NCBI GenBank assembly: GCA_965200315.1
Contig: OZ241362.1
Location: 1,856,001 to 1,920,000, forward strand
Direction: 5' to 3'
From: Candidatus Latescibacterota bacterium
GTDB lineage: Bacteria > Latescibacterota > UBA2968 > UBA8231
Length of the DNA: 64,000 nt
Shown: positions 9,758 through 18,253 of the stretch, piece by piece
Layout: each line of letters opens with the position of its first letter
How positions within the stretch are numbered: the first letter of the stretch is position 1
The notes under the pieces: model-generated
The model's database searches: none
What the model was told of the DNA's origin: nothing
Seen by the model: the letters and a program-made list of their open reading frames with translations, nothing else
Position numbers and translations under genes: made by a program

Positions 9758-11031
9758 TGTGAATTCTCCTCTTTGTACGCGCCGTTGGGGGCGGGGAGTC
9801 CACCGCAGTAGCTGACGACGCGCCCGCCGTCAAAAGCCTCGCGCGTCCACACGCGCAGATCAGCGTAGTACGCCTCCGCGTACGAACGAGTCGAATTGGC
9901 GTCTGTGAGCAGCGCCAAGCCGATGGTGCGCTTGGCCGGCCGGCCGCCGAGCTTTTCCCGATGGTGCTTTTCCAAGTCAACCACCTCAAAGGTCCACTTG
10001 TCTAAGTTGGTCGTCCCGCTTTCGACGACGAAAAACCAAGGCCGGAATATCTTGTTGCGCCGGCCCACCGTGCCTTCGGGCAAGCTCGTGCTCCACACGT
10101 ATTTGAGCTGTTTGGGAACCCCCATCCAATTCTTGGAGAATATAACGTACAAACCAGCCGCGCTGTCGTTGGCGTCGTCGAGAAACTCGTTACCCCCCCG
10201 CGGCAAGGCCGCGGCGCGCCAGCACCAAGTCATAATCGGGTACTGGCGAGGATTCCAGTGGACGAATTTCCCCATGATGATCGAATGGCTCGAATCGCGC
10301 GCCGCCATGTAGCTCCGGGGACGACCCTCTACTCGGTAGAGCACGGGCTTGTGCCGATCCTTTTTCTTCCATGGCCCCCACTCCAAGGGCTGCGCTCCAT
10401 CCCAAGTAGCAGCAAAGTCCTCAAGGACGACAAACTCGCGCTCAGCGAGCTGAGCCTCCATCACCGGCGGCGAATGACCACCGTCAATCAGTGCCTGGTA
10501 GCGACGCCTGTAGTGGCTGGAGACGGACCTGCCGTCGATCTTCAGCTCGGCGATTTTCCAAGTTCCGTCTGAGAGAATCAAGTCGGCCTCCACGCTGTAC
10601 AAGTGCGTAGCCGATAACGCGCTAAGCTGCGCCCGGCCCCGCTGGCCATTCACTTCGAGGCTATCCAAGCGCAAGCCGCGCAAGTCCTCAGCAGCAAGCT
10701 GGGCTGCCAAGTCCACGCTGAGGCGGTGCTGATAGGCCCTAGCTAGTCGGTTGCGATAGTGCTCGACGAGGTGTGTAAAGCACGGAGCGGCTAGCAGGTC
10801 TTGGTAGTCGTCCAACGACTTTTCGAGATAGTCGCCAAAGGTCGCCGCCGCAAATTCGTCCACAGCCAAGTGCTTGCTGACTAAGCGGTCGGTCCCGTCG
10901 GCGCGCTCGCCGTCGGGAGCCTCCAACAGCACGTTCAACCGCGCTACGGCCTCCGTCGCCCAAGCCGCGTCGGCCCAGCCTCCGCCCGGGCTGGCCAAAG
11001 CCAACAGCAAGACTGCGTTAAGGAGTCGCAT
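9754..11031 (-). CDS. Fusion of an MlaC-like N-terminal domain and a DUF3047-like C-terminal domain
   Basis: N half WKIAELKIDGRSV...YRRRY; C half YPIMTWCWR...P.GGNE...DSAAGLYVIF...LKYVWS...LLTDANST...AEAYYAD. Confidence 0.7.
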   Translation of the reverse strand: MRLLNAVLLLALASPGGGWADAAWATEAVARLNVLLEAPDGERADGTDRLVSKHLAVDEFAAATFGDYLEKSLDDYQDLLAAPCFTHLVEHYRNRLARAYQHRLSVDLAAQLAAEDLRGLRLDSLEVNGQRGRAQLSALSATHLYSVEADLILSDGTWKIAELKIDGRSVSSHYRRRYQALIDGGHSPPVMEAQLAEREFVVLEDFAATWDGAQPLEWGPWKKKDRHKPVLYRVEGRPRSYMAARDSSHSIIMGKFVHWNPRQYPIMTWCWRAAALPRGGNEFLDDANDSAAGLYVIFSKNWMGVPKQLKYVWSTSLPEGTVGRRNKIFRPWFFVVESGTTNLDKWTFEVVDLEKHHREKLGGRPAKRTIGLALLTDANSTRSYAEAYYADLRVWTREAFDGGRVVSYCGGLPAPNGAYKEENSQ

Positions 11032-12382
11032 CGCGCGGGATCAGTTTGAGACCGCCCGTGGCTTTTTCGAGACGGGCGACGCTGAGGTTGAAGTCGTACA
11101 GGGCTTGGCCGTAGGCTTGTTCGCGGCGGGCCCAAGTCTCAAAGGCGGTGATCAATTCGCCGATGGTCTGCGGGTCGAACTCAAAATCGTCGCGGGCTTC
11201 CCGCAACCACTGCCGGGCCAATTGCCGGCTCTGGCGCGCGTCTTGCAAATCGCGGTCGGCGCGGCGATAGTCCAAATAGGCGCGGTGGACATCTAAACGG
11301 ATCCCTTCCTGCACACCCGCTACGCGCACTTCGAGCGCACGGTATTCAGCGTGTGCCCTATCTACATCTGCTGCCAACAAATGCCATTCCAACGATTGCC
11401 GCACTCCGAGGAAGACGCCGCCGTTGAAAAAGTTGAATTCATCTTTGACGAATGGGTTCCGCTGGTCGGTGCGCCCAGGAGCCATAGCGTAGCGCAAGCC
11501 GCCGCCGACAAACACTTGGGGCTGGTACGCAGCGCGGGCGGCTTGGGTGAGGGCCTGTTTAGCGGCGAGGCCCGCCTGTAGCTTGCGCCATTCCGGTCGC
11601 AGGTCGAGGGCTCGTGCGACCAATTCGTCTAAGGGCGGGACTAAAGCTGCCACCGGCGAGAGCCGCTCGGCCCGGAGCAGGAGCGGCGCATGGCTAGGCA
11701 AGCCCGTGCGCCAAGCGAGTGCCGCCCGCGCCAAGGCCAATTGGTCACCAACCTCGCGCTGCTGCACGGCCAAGTCGAGCTGGGCCAGCCGCAACTTGTA
11801 GCGGTCGGAGGACGAGCGCGCGGGGTCGTCTTCCAACTCTTCGGCCCTGCTAGCCAACTCATCGCTTACGCGCTGCGCCAAGGAGTGTAGATCTTGGGCT
11901 AGCAGCAGTCCGTAGTACAGCTCCTCGACGGCAAAGGCCACGTCCAACCGAGTCTGCGACAGCTCGGACTGCTCCACATCGACCCCTCGGGTGGCGGCCG
12001 CGGCTAAGTGGCGGGCGAGACTAAAAGGATAGAGCGGCTGCACAAATTGCAACTCAGCGCGCACAAAAGGCCCCAAGGATGGGATACCCGTGGTATCAGA
12101 GGGCGGATTGAACACGCTGCCCATAGCGTCTGGGACTAGGCCACTTTCGCTGTCGATGCGCAGGCGAGGAAGAATTTTGGCGGCCGCGGCTTGGCGGCGA
12201 CGGGCCGCGGCCGACTCGACCTTCCAGCGGCCGCTCGCAACGTCGCCATCGTGCTCCCAAGCGCGGTCGATAAGCTCAGTCAGCGTCCAGTGCTTGTCGG
12301 GCATTTCGGCGCGGGCCGGGAGGGTGGGCAAGCACATGGCAAGGCCCCAAACCCCTAGCCATAAGGGGATGTAAATTTGCAT
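11018..12382 (-). CDS. TolC-family outer-membrane efflux protein
   Basis: Signal peptide, helical OEP repeats, ALDLRPEW, C-terminal ALYDFNLSVARLEKATG. Confidence 0.85.
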   Translation of the reverse strand: MQIYIPLWLGVWGLAMCLPTLPARAEMPDKHWTLTELIDRAWEHDGDVASGRWKVESAAARRRQAAAAKILPRLRIDSESGLVPDAMGSVFNPPSDTTGIPSLGPFVRAELQFVQPLYPFSLARHLAAAATRGVDVEQSELSQTRLDVAFAVEELYYGLLLAQDLHSLAQRVSDELASRAEELEDDPARSSSDRYKLRLAQLDLAVQQREVGDQLALARAALAWRTGLPSHAPLLLRAERLSPVAALVPPLDELVARALDLRPEWRKLQAGLAAKQALTQAARAAYQPQVFVGGGLRYAMAPGRTDQRNPFVKDEFNFFNGGVFLGVRQSLEWHLLAADVDRAHAEYRALEVRVAGVQEGIRLDVHRAYLDYRRADRDLQDARQSRQLARQWLREARDDFEFDPQTIGELITAFETWARREQAYGQALYDFNLSVARLEKATGGLKLIPRDATP

Positions 12383-12600
12383 GCCAGTGGGAGGTCTCAG
12401 CGGCGGAAGAGGCGGAATTAGCGGTGGTAGCGCGAGTCCGTCATTATTTTTATAACTTGTTAAAAATAGTTAAGTTAATATACAGACTGTGCTATTTAAC
12501 GTCAATGCTCCAGCCTGTCTGTTGCTTGGATCATGCAACACCCGACTACTATGTTTCATGCACCTATGTTTTGCTTAAAACGCACGAATAAGCGGGCGCA

Positions 12601-15360
12601 ATGCAGCCGACTTTAGTCGTCCGGGAAGCCTGCGAACACAACCTGCGCACCGTCTCCTTGGAGCTGCCCCACGAATCCCTCGTGGCCGTCAGCGGTCCGT
12701 CCGGGTCGGGCAAGACCTCCCTCGTATTGGACACGATTTACGCCGAGGCGCGTCGGCGCTTCTTAGCGGCGCTGGACCAAGGAGGCGGCTGGCGCACATT
12801 GCGCGTACCTAAGGCCCGCCACATCGACGGCCTAGCCCCCGCCCTCGCGCTAGCCGGAGGAACTGGCCGCCAGAGTCCCCGAGCCACAGTGGCGACCCTG
12901 TCCGGTCTGTACGATCTATTGCGCCTGCTCTTTGCCCGCGTCGGTCGGCCCGGCTGTCTCCACTGCGGAGGGCAGGTTCAGACGCATCGCTTTGAGGAAG
13001 CAAACGAAGCGGCTGCGAGCATGCCAGATGGCACTCGTCTGATGATTCTCGCACCGCGCCGGCGGCAGGAAGACGAGCCGCCCGAGCAAGTTCTCGCTGC
13101 GATTGATCGCGCCGGCTACCGCCATGTGCGCCTCGACGGACGAGACCTGCTGCTGGAGGACGTCGCGCCCAAACGCGTCGCCCGCGCCCAGCACCTGTCC
13201 GTGGTCGTCGATCGCCTCATCGTCAAAAAAGGCATCGCGCGCCGCTTGCAAGGGTCGCTGCAAGCGGCCTTGCAAGCGGGCGACGGCCAAGTGGTGCTTT
13301 CCACCCCAGACGCAGGCAGCGACCTAATTTTTGCCGTGCGTCCGGCGTGCTCGGCCTGTGGCACACCCTTCCCACCACTAGAACCCGCGCTGTTTTCCTT
13401 TAATAGCGCGGCCGGGGCCTGCGCGGCGTGCCGGGGCCTCGGGGTGCAGAGCGGCTTGAGCAGCGAGCAGGTCTTCGCCGGTGGGCAGGCGACGCTCGAA
13501 AGAGCCTTGGGTCCCCTGTGGCACGACTTTGGGCACGGCGATTTGCGCGACCGCCTGCAAGCCTTCTGCCGGCGGCACCAAGTCGATCCCGAACAGCCCG
13601 TGGGCGACTGGCCAAGACAAGTGGCCAAACGGCTGTGGCATGGAGAGGCCCGGCGAGGCCGGTTTATTGGTCTAGCGCGTTGGCTAGAGCGCGTCAGCGC
13701 CAAAGCCGAAGGCGAGGAATTGGCCTATCTCGAAGAACGCCTCGACGATGCGCCGTGTCCTAGCTGTGCCGGAGCGCGCTTGCGGCCCGAATCCCTCGCA
13801 GTAGAATTGGGCGGAGCCTCGATTGCCGCGGTCGGTGAATGCGCAGTTGTCGCGGCGACCGAGTGGCTCGAAAACCTCGATTTCCCCGCTGCTATAGCTC
13901 CCGTCGGAGAGGCCATCCGCGGCCAAATCAGCCGCCAGCTGAACCTGTTGCAAGAGTTAGGACTGGAGTATCTACAGCTGAACCGCCGCGCCGACACCCT
14001 GTCGAGCGGGGAGTTTCAGCGGCTGCGCCTCGGATCCGCCCTGTCGTCGGGCACCACGCAGATGCTCTACGTGCTCGACGAACCGAGTGCCGGTTTGCAC
14101 GCGCACGACGCCGCTCAGCTCCTAGATGCGCTCAGAGCACTGCGCGATGCTGGGAACTCCGTGCTCCTAATCGAACACGACGCCGCGATCTTGCGCGGGG
14201 CCGACTGGCTGGTCGATATGGGGCCGGGCGCGGGGACCGCCGGCGGACAGGTCGTGGCCGAGGGTACGCCAAGCGAGGTAGCAGCAGCCGAGTCTTTGAC
14301 CGGACGCTATCTTCGCGGCTCGCTGCAATTGCCACGCACTCGGGCGCGCCAGCCACAGGGCTGGTTGGTACTATCCGGTGCCCGCGGCCACAACTTGCGC
14401 CAACTCGACGTGAAGTGGCCGTTGGGAACTTTGACCTGCGTGACCGGGGTTTCCGGGTCGGGCAAAAGCTCGCTGGTCAGCCACACCCTGCATCCGCTCT
14501 TGGCGGCTAAACTGCACGGCGCTCAGCGGCGACCCCTGCCCTATAGTGCTTGCACTGGAATCGAGCAGGTGGCACGCGTCGTCGCGGTTGATCAGCGGCC
14601 CATCGGCCGCAGCGCGCACTCGAATGCGGCGACCTACACGGGGTTGCTAGCGCCGATTCGCCGCCTGTTTGCCGACCTGCCCGAAGCTCGCCTGCGGGGC
14701 TACCGAGCCGGACACTTCAGCTTCAACGCCCCGGAGGGAGCCTGCGATCGGTGCAAGGGCCGGGGGGTACACAGCACACGCCGGGGCGCCTTCGACGATC
14801 TCGAAGTCGTCTGCCCCGCTTGCAGCGGACGGCGCTACCGCGCCGAGGTCTTGGACGTGCGCTTCCGCCAGCACCATATCGCCGAAGTGCTGGAGCTGAG
14901 CGTGGCCGCGGCGAGCGAACTTTTTACGACGGTGCCCCAAGTCGCGCAGCGGTTAGCAACCCTCGCGGAAGTGGGCTTGGGTTATTTGCACCTCGGCCAA
15001 CCAGCGACCAGTTTTTCCGGCGGCGAGGCCCAGCGGGTTAAGCTGGCCGCTGAACTGGGCCGCTCGCGTCAAGACCACGCGCTCTACATCCTCGACGAGC
15101 CGACTGCGGGACTGCACTTGGAGGATGTGCGCTTGCTGCTCGCGCTCTTGCAGCGCTTAGTTGACGAGGGCAATACCGTAGTGGTAGTTGAACATCACAT
15201 CGAATTTATCGCGGCAGCCGACTGGGTCATTGACTTGGGGCCAGAAGGCGGCCAAGCTGGCGGGGCAATCACAGCTTGTGGACGACCCGAGGAAGTGGCT
15301 GGCACGGCCGGCTCCCACACGGGCGCGTACTTGCAGAAGCTGTTTGCCGCGCAAGGCTGA
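12601..15360 (+). CDS. uvrA: UvrA-family excinuclease ABC subunit A (divergent)
   Basis: EHNL, GPSGSGKT, FSFNS..GAC, LSSGEFQR, YVLDEPS.GLH, GVSGSGKSS, FSGGEAQRVKLA, DEPTAGLH, IDLGPEGG. Confidence 0.92.
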   Translation: MQPTLVVREACEHNLRTVSLELPHESLVAVSGPSGSGKTSLVLDTIYAEARRRFLAALDQGGGWRTLRVPKARHIDGLAPALALAGGTGRQSPRATVATLSGLYDLLRLLFARVGRPGCLHCGGQVQTHRFEEANEAAASMPDGTRLMILAPRRRQEDEPPEQVLAAIDRAGYRHVRLDGRDLLLEDVAPKRVARAQHLSVVVDRLIVKKGIARRLQGSLQAALQAGDGQVVLSTPDAGSDLIFAVRPACSACGTPFPPLEPALFSFNSAAGACAACRGLGVQSGLSSEQVFAGGQATLERALGPLWHDFGHGDLRDRLQAFCRRHQVDPEQPVGDWPRQVAKRLWHGEARRGRFIGLARWLERVSAKAEGEELAYLEERLDDAPCPSCAGARLRPESLAVELGGASIAAVGECAVVAATEWLENLDFPAAIAPVGEAIRGQISRQLNLLQELGLEYLQLNRRADTLSSGEFQRLRLGSALSSGTTQMLYVLDEPSAGLHAHDAAQLLDALRALRDAGNSVLLIEHDAAILRGADWLVDMGPGAGTAGGQVVAEGTPSEVAAAESLTGRYLRGSLQLPRTRARQPQGWLVLSGARGHNLRQLDVKWPLGTLTCVTGVSGSGKSSLVSHTLHPLLAAKLHGAQRRPLPYSACTGIEQVARVVAVDQRPIGRSAHSNAATYTGLLAPIRRLFADLPEARLRGYRAGHFSFNAPEGACDRCKGRGVHSTRRGAFDDLEVVCPACSGRRYRAEVLDVRFRQHHIAEVLELSVAAASELFTTVPQVAQRLATLAEVGLGYLHLGQPATSFSGGEAQRVKLAAELGRSRQDHALYILDEPTAGLHLEDVRLLLALLQRLVDEGNTVVVVEHHIEFIAAADWVIDLGPEGGQAGGAITACGRPEEVAGTAGSHTGAYLQKLFAAQG

Positions 15361-15380
15361 GCGGTTGCGGAGTCTTTCTT

Positions 15381-16547
15381 TTGGATATTCAAAAAATACA
15401 AGCCTATATGCAGCAGGAGAGGATCGGCGCTTGGTTGGTGTACGATTTTCGCGGCAGCAATCCGGTCTTGTGGCAGCTCTTGGGCCAGCGGCGGCAAACG
15501 ACCCGGCGCGTCTTTCTCATCGTGCCGGCGGCGGGCGCACCGCGCTTGCTCGGCTCGGCGGTCGAGCCGGCGGCCCTCGCCGGGCTAGGCGTGGAGATCG
15601 CTCATTACGCTAGCTGGCAACAGCTACATACCCTGTTGCGCGATGCAGTGGGCGGGCTGTCGCCGGTGGCGATGGAATACTGGCCCGGCGGGGGGCTGCC
15701 CGCGGCGTCTTGGGTCGATGGCGGCACCTTAGAGTTGGTGCGCTCCCTCGGCCCCGCGGTGGTGTCTTCGGCCGATCTGTGCCAAGTCGCCTTGGCCACC
15801 TGGAGCGCGGACGCACTCGCCTCGCACCGCGACGCCTGTCGCCAAGTGGCCCAAGTCAAGGACGCGGCCTTTGAATACATACGCCGTCGCCTCAGCACTG
15901 GCCTCACTGAATTCGACGTCCAAGCATTCATCGTGACCGAACTAGAGAGGCGCGGCCTCGACATCGGGCATCCGCCGATCGTCGGCGTCAATCGCAACAG
16001 CGGCAATCCCCACTACGAGCCGCGCGCGGACACGGCCGCCCCCATTGAGCCGGGTGCTTGGATTCTCATCGACCTGTGGGCGCGCCACCCCGGGGAGCAG
16101 CACGTGTTTGGCGACATGACTTGGGTCGCCTTTGCCGGTCCGCGCATGCCAGCGGCCCACGCTGCGGTATTTGCCGCGGTGCGTACAGCGCGCGATCAAG
16201 TGCTGGCGCGGCTCGACGCTGCGTGGTGCGCTGGCGAAGTGCTGCAAGGCTGGCAACTCGACCGCGTGGCGCGCCAAGTCATGACAAAGCGCGGCTTGGG
16301 CGAGCAATTCGTCCACCGCACCGGGCACAGCCTCGGCCCGGGGCCGAGCATCCACGCACTAGGCGTGAACCTCGACGACCTAGAGACCCACGACGCGCGG
16401 TCGATTCTGCCGGGCACGGGCTTTTCCGTGGAGCCAGGTGCGTATCTGCCGGAGTTTGGAGTACGGCTCGAAGTCAATGTGTACGTGGATCCAGAAACTG
16501 GACCGGAAGTTACGACCCCCATCCAAAACGACGTCGTCTTACTTTGA
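15381..16547 (+). CDS. M24 family metallopeptidase (Xaa-Pro aminopeptidase-like)
   Basis: WLVYDFRGSNP, PHYEP, LIDLWA, GDMTW, HRTGHSLG, FSVEPGAY, GVRLE; TTG start after GGAG. Confidence 0.88.
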   Translation: MDIQKIQAYMQQERIGAWLVYDFRGSNPVLWQLLGQRRQTTRRVFLIVPAAGAPRLLGSAVEPAALAGLGVEIAHYASWQQLHTLLRDAVGGLSPVAMEYWPGGGLPAASWVDGGTLELVRSLGPAVVSSADLCQVALATWSADALASHRDACRQVAQVKDAAFEYIRRRLSTGLTEFDVQAFIVTELERRGLDIGHPPIVGVNRNSGNPHYEPRADTAAPIEPGAWILIDLWARHPGEQHVFGDMTWVAFAGPRMPAAHAAVFAAVRTARDQVLARLDAAWCAGEVLQGWQLDRVARQVMTKRGLGEQFVHRTGHSLGPGPSIHALGVNLDDLETHDARSILPGTGFSVEPGAYLPEFGVRLEVNVYVDPETGPEVTTPIQNDVVLL

Positions 16548-17206
16548 GCCTCGCAATCGTCCTCGTCAGCGGTGGGCTCGACTCCTGCGTCACCGCCGCC
16601 ATTGCCGCTCGCCGCGGCCCCTTGGCCTTTCTCCACTTGCGCTATCGCCAGCGCACCGAGGAACGCGAATTCGCGGCGTTTGCCGCCCTCGCGGATCATT
16701 TCCAAGTGGAGACTCGCCTCGTGGTGGACGTCGATTACATGCGCCAAATCGGCGGCTCCAGCTTAGTCGATGCGACCCAGCCCATCCCCGAAAACGAGAC
16801 CGGCCTGCCCACAACCTATGTCCCCTTCCGCAACGCCAACTTGCTCGGCGTGGCCGTGGCTTGGGCCGAGGTCATTGGCGCAACCGACATCTACATCGGT
16901 GCTCACGAAGCAGAGAGCCACTACCCGGACTGCCGACGAGAATTTTTCGCCGCGTACGAGCGCATGGTCGCCGCTGGGACCAGCCCGCAAACCCACATCC
17001 ACATCCAGACCCCGCTCATAGGCTGGGACAAAGCCGCCATCGTCCGCTGCGGCCTAGCGCTTGCCGCCCCCCTGCACCTGACTTGGTCCTGCTATCAGTG
17101 CGAAGACCTCGCCTGTGGCCACTGCGAGAGTTGCCGCATGCGCTTGGCGGGCTTTCGCCGGGCCGGTGCCCACGACCCCTTACCCTACGCTAGTTTTAGT
17201 GAATAG
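16544..17206 (+). CDS. queC: 7-cyano-7-deazaguanine synthase
   Basis: SGGLDS, TYVPFRN, YPDCR, TWSCY...CGHCESC; TTG overlaps the upstream TGA. Confidence 0.95.
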   Translation: MSLAIVLVSGGLDSCVTAAIAARRGPLAFLHLRYRQRTEEREFAAFAALADHFQVETRLVVDVDYMRQIGGSSLVDATQPIPENETGLPTTYVPFRNANLLGVAVAWAEVIGATDIYIGAHEAESHYPDCRREFFAAYERMVAAGTSPQTHIHIQTPLIGWDKAAIVRCGLALAAPLHLTWSCYQCEDLACGHCESCRMRLAGFRRAGAHDPLPYASFSE

Positions 17207-17224
17207 AACGGAAGGAGGAATTGG

Positions 17225-18253
17225 ATGGCCAGACGCCGGCCATACACAAAAGTAGTAAAAGAGAAACAGGTTCGCGCCGAGCATGTCCGCGGTATGGGTG
17301 ACATCGTCTTCAAGGGTTTCCAGTGTCTGAATAGTGTCTGTCGAGAATTTATCTTTGTCCGCCAAGACGAGCTCGGCGGCGACTTTGAACTCGTCTGTCC
17401 GAGTTGTAAGCTAGCTATGCGCTCAGGCGACGAGGCTCAGTTTTACGAGTACAAACTGATAGACCAGAGAGACGACTCTATCATCGAAAAAGGCGCGTTT
17501 ACCATTCTACACGACGACTACATCGAGGAAGCACAAAAATACAAATACTGCATCATATGCAATACGATTAAACCACTCACTTTGTTTGACCGCCACAAAT
17601 CTCGCAAGTCGAGGCGTCAGGGCGAATGCAGATTGTGCAAAGCGGTTTACAACTCGATCAAGAACAAAACCCGGTTGACAGATCAACACCGTGAAGCAGC
17701 GCAAAAACGACGAATGTACCTAGATCTGTCTGCAAGTACCAAGATCAATAGCGAGAAAATTTATGAGCGGCTTAACTATCGCTGTTTCAAGTGCCAAAAA
17801 GATCTGAGAAAAGCCGATGCCAAAGAACGGCCTCTCGACCACACATTGCCCATTGTCTATTTATGGCCTATAACAACTGAAAATGCGACACTGCTGTGTC
17901 GGAAACACAATAGCGAGAAATCGAGCCAATGGCCCTCGACCTATTACTCGGACGACGAACTGAAGAGACTATCAATCCTGACAGGTATCTCGTACAATAT
18001 ACTCGCTGGTCCAGCCCATTATAATCCTACAGCAATCGAACACCTCAAGACTACTGAGCAAGTCGATTGCCTGCTGACCAAGTACTCAACTTATATGCCG
18101 GAAATAATCAAGCTACGCAATCGGATTCTGGAGAGCGAAGGCTTTGACTTTTTCGATTATTCCAAAGACATTTCGCCCGATTGGATTTCCCGTGCCAATA
18201 AAGAATACCAGCAAGAGAAAGCTAGTACAAAATCAAATACTGATGAGACGTAA
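17225..18253 (+). CDS. HNH endonuclease with multiple CxxC zinc-binding motifs (putative restriction endonuclease)
   Basis: CPSC, CIIC, CRLC, RCFKC...LDHTLP...ENATLLCRKHNSEK; lower GC; convergent with a methyltransferase. Confidence 0.75.
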   Translation: MARRRPYTKVVKEKQVRAEHVRGMGDIVFKGFQCLNSVCREFIFVRQDELGGDFELVCPSCKLAMRSGDEAQFYEYKLIDQRDDSIIEKGAFTILHDDYIEEAQKYKYCIICNTIKPLTLFDRHKSRKSRRQGECRLCKAVYNSIKNKTRLTDQHREAAQKRRMYLDLSASTKINSEKIYERLNYRCFKCQKDLRKADAKERPLDHTLPIVYLWPITTENATLLCRKHNSEKSSQWPSTYYSDDELKRLSILTGISYNILAGPAHYNPTAIEHLKTTEQVDCLLTKYSTYMPEIIKLRNRILESEGFDFFDYSKDISPDWISRANKEYQQEKASTKSNTDET

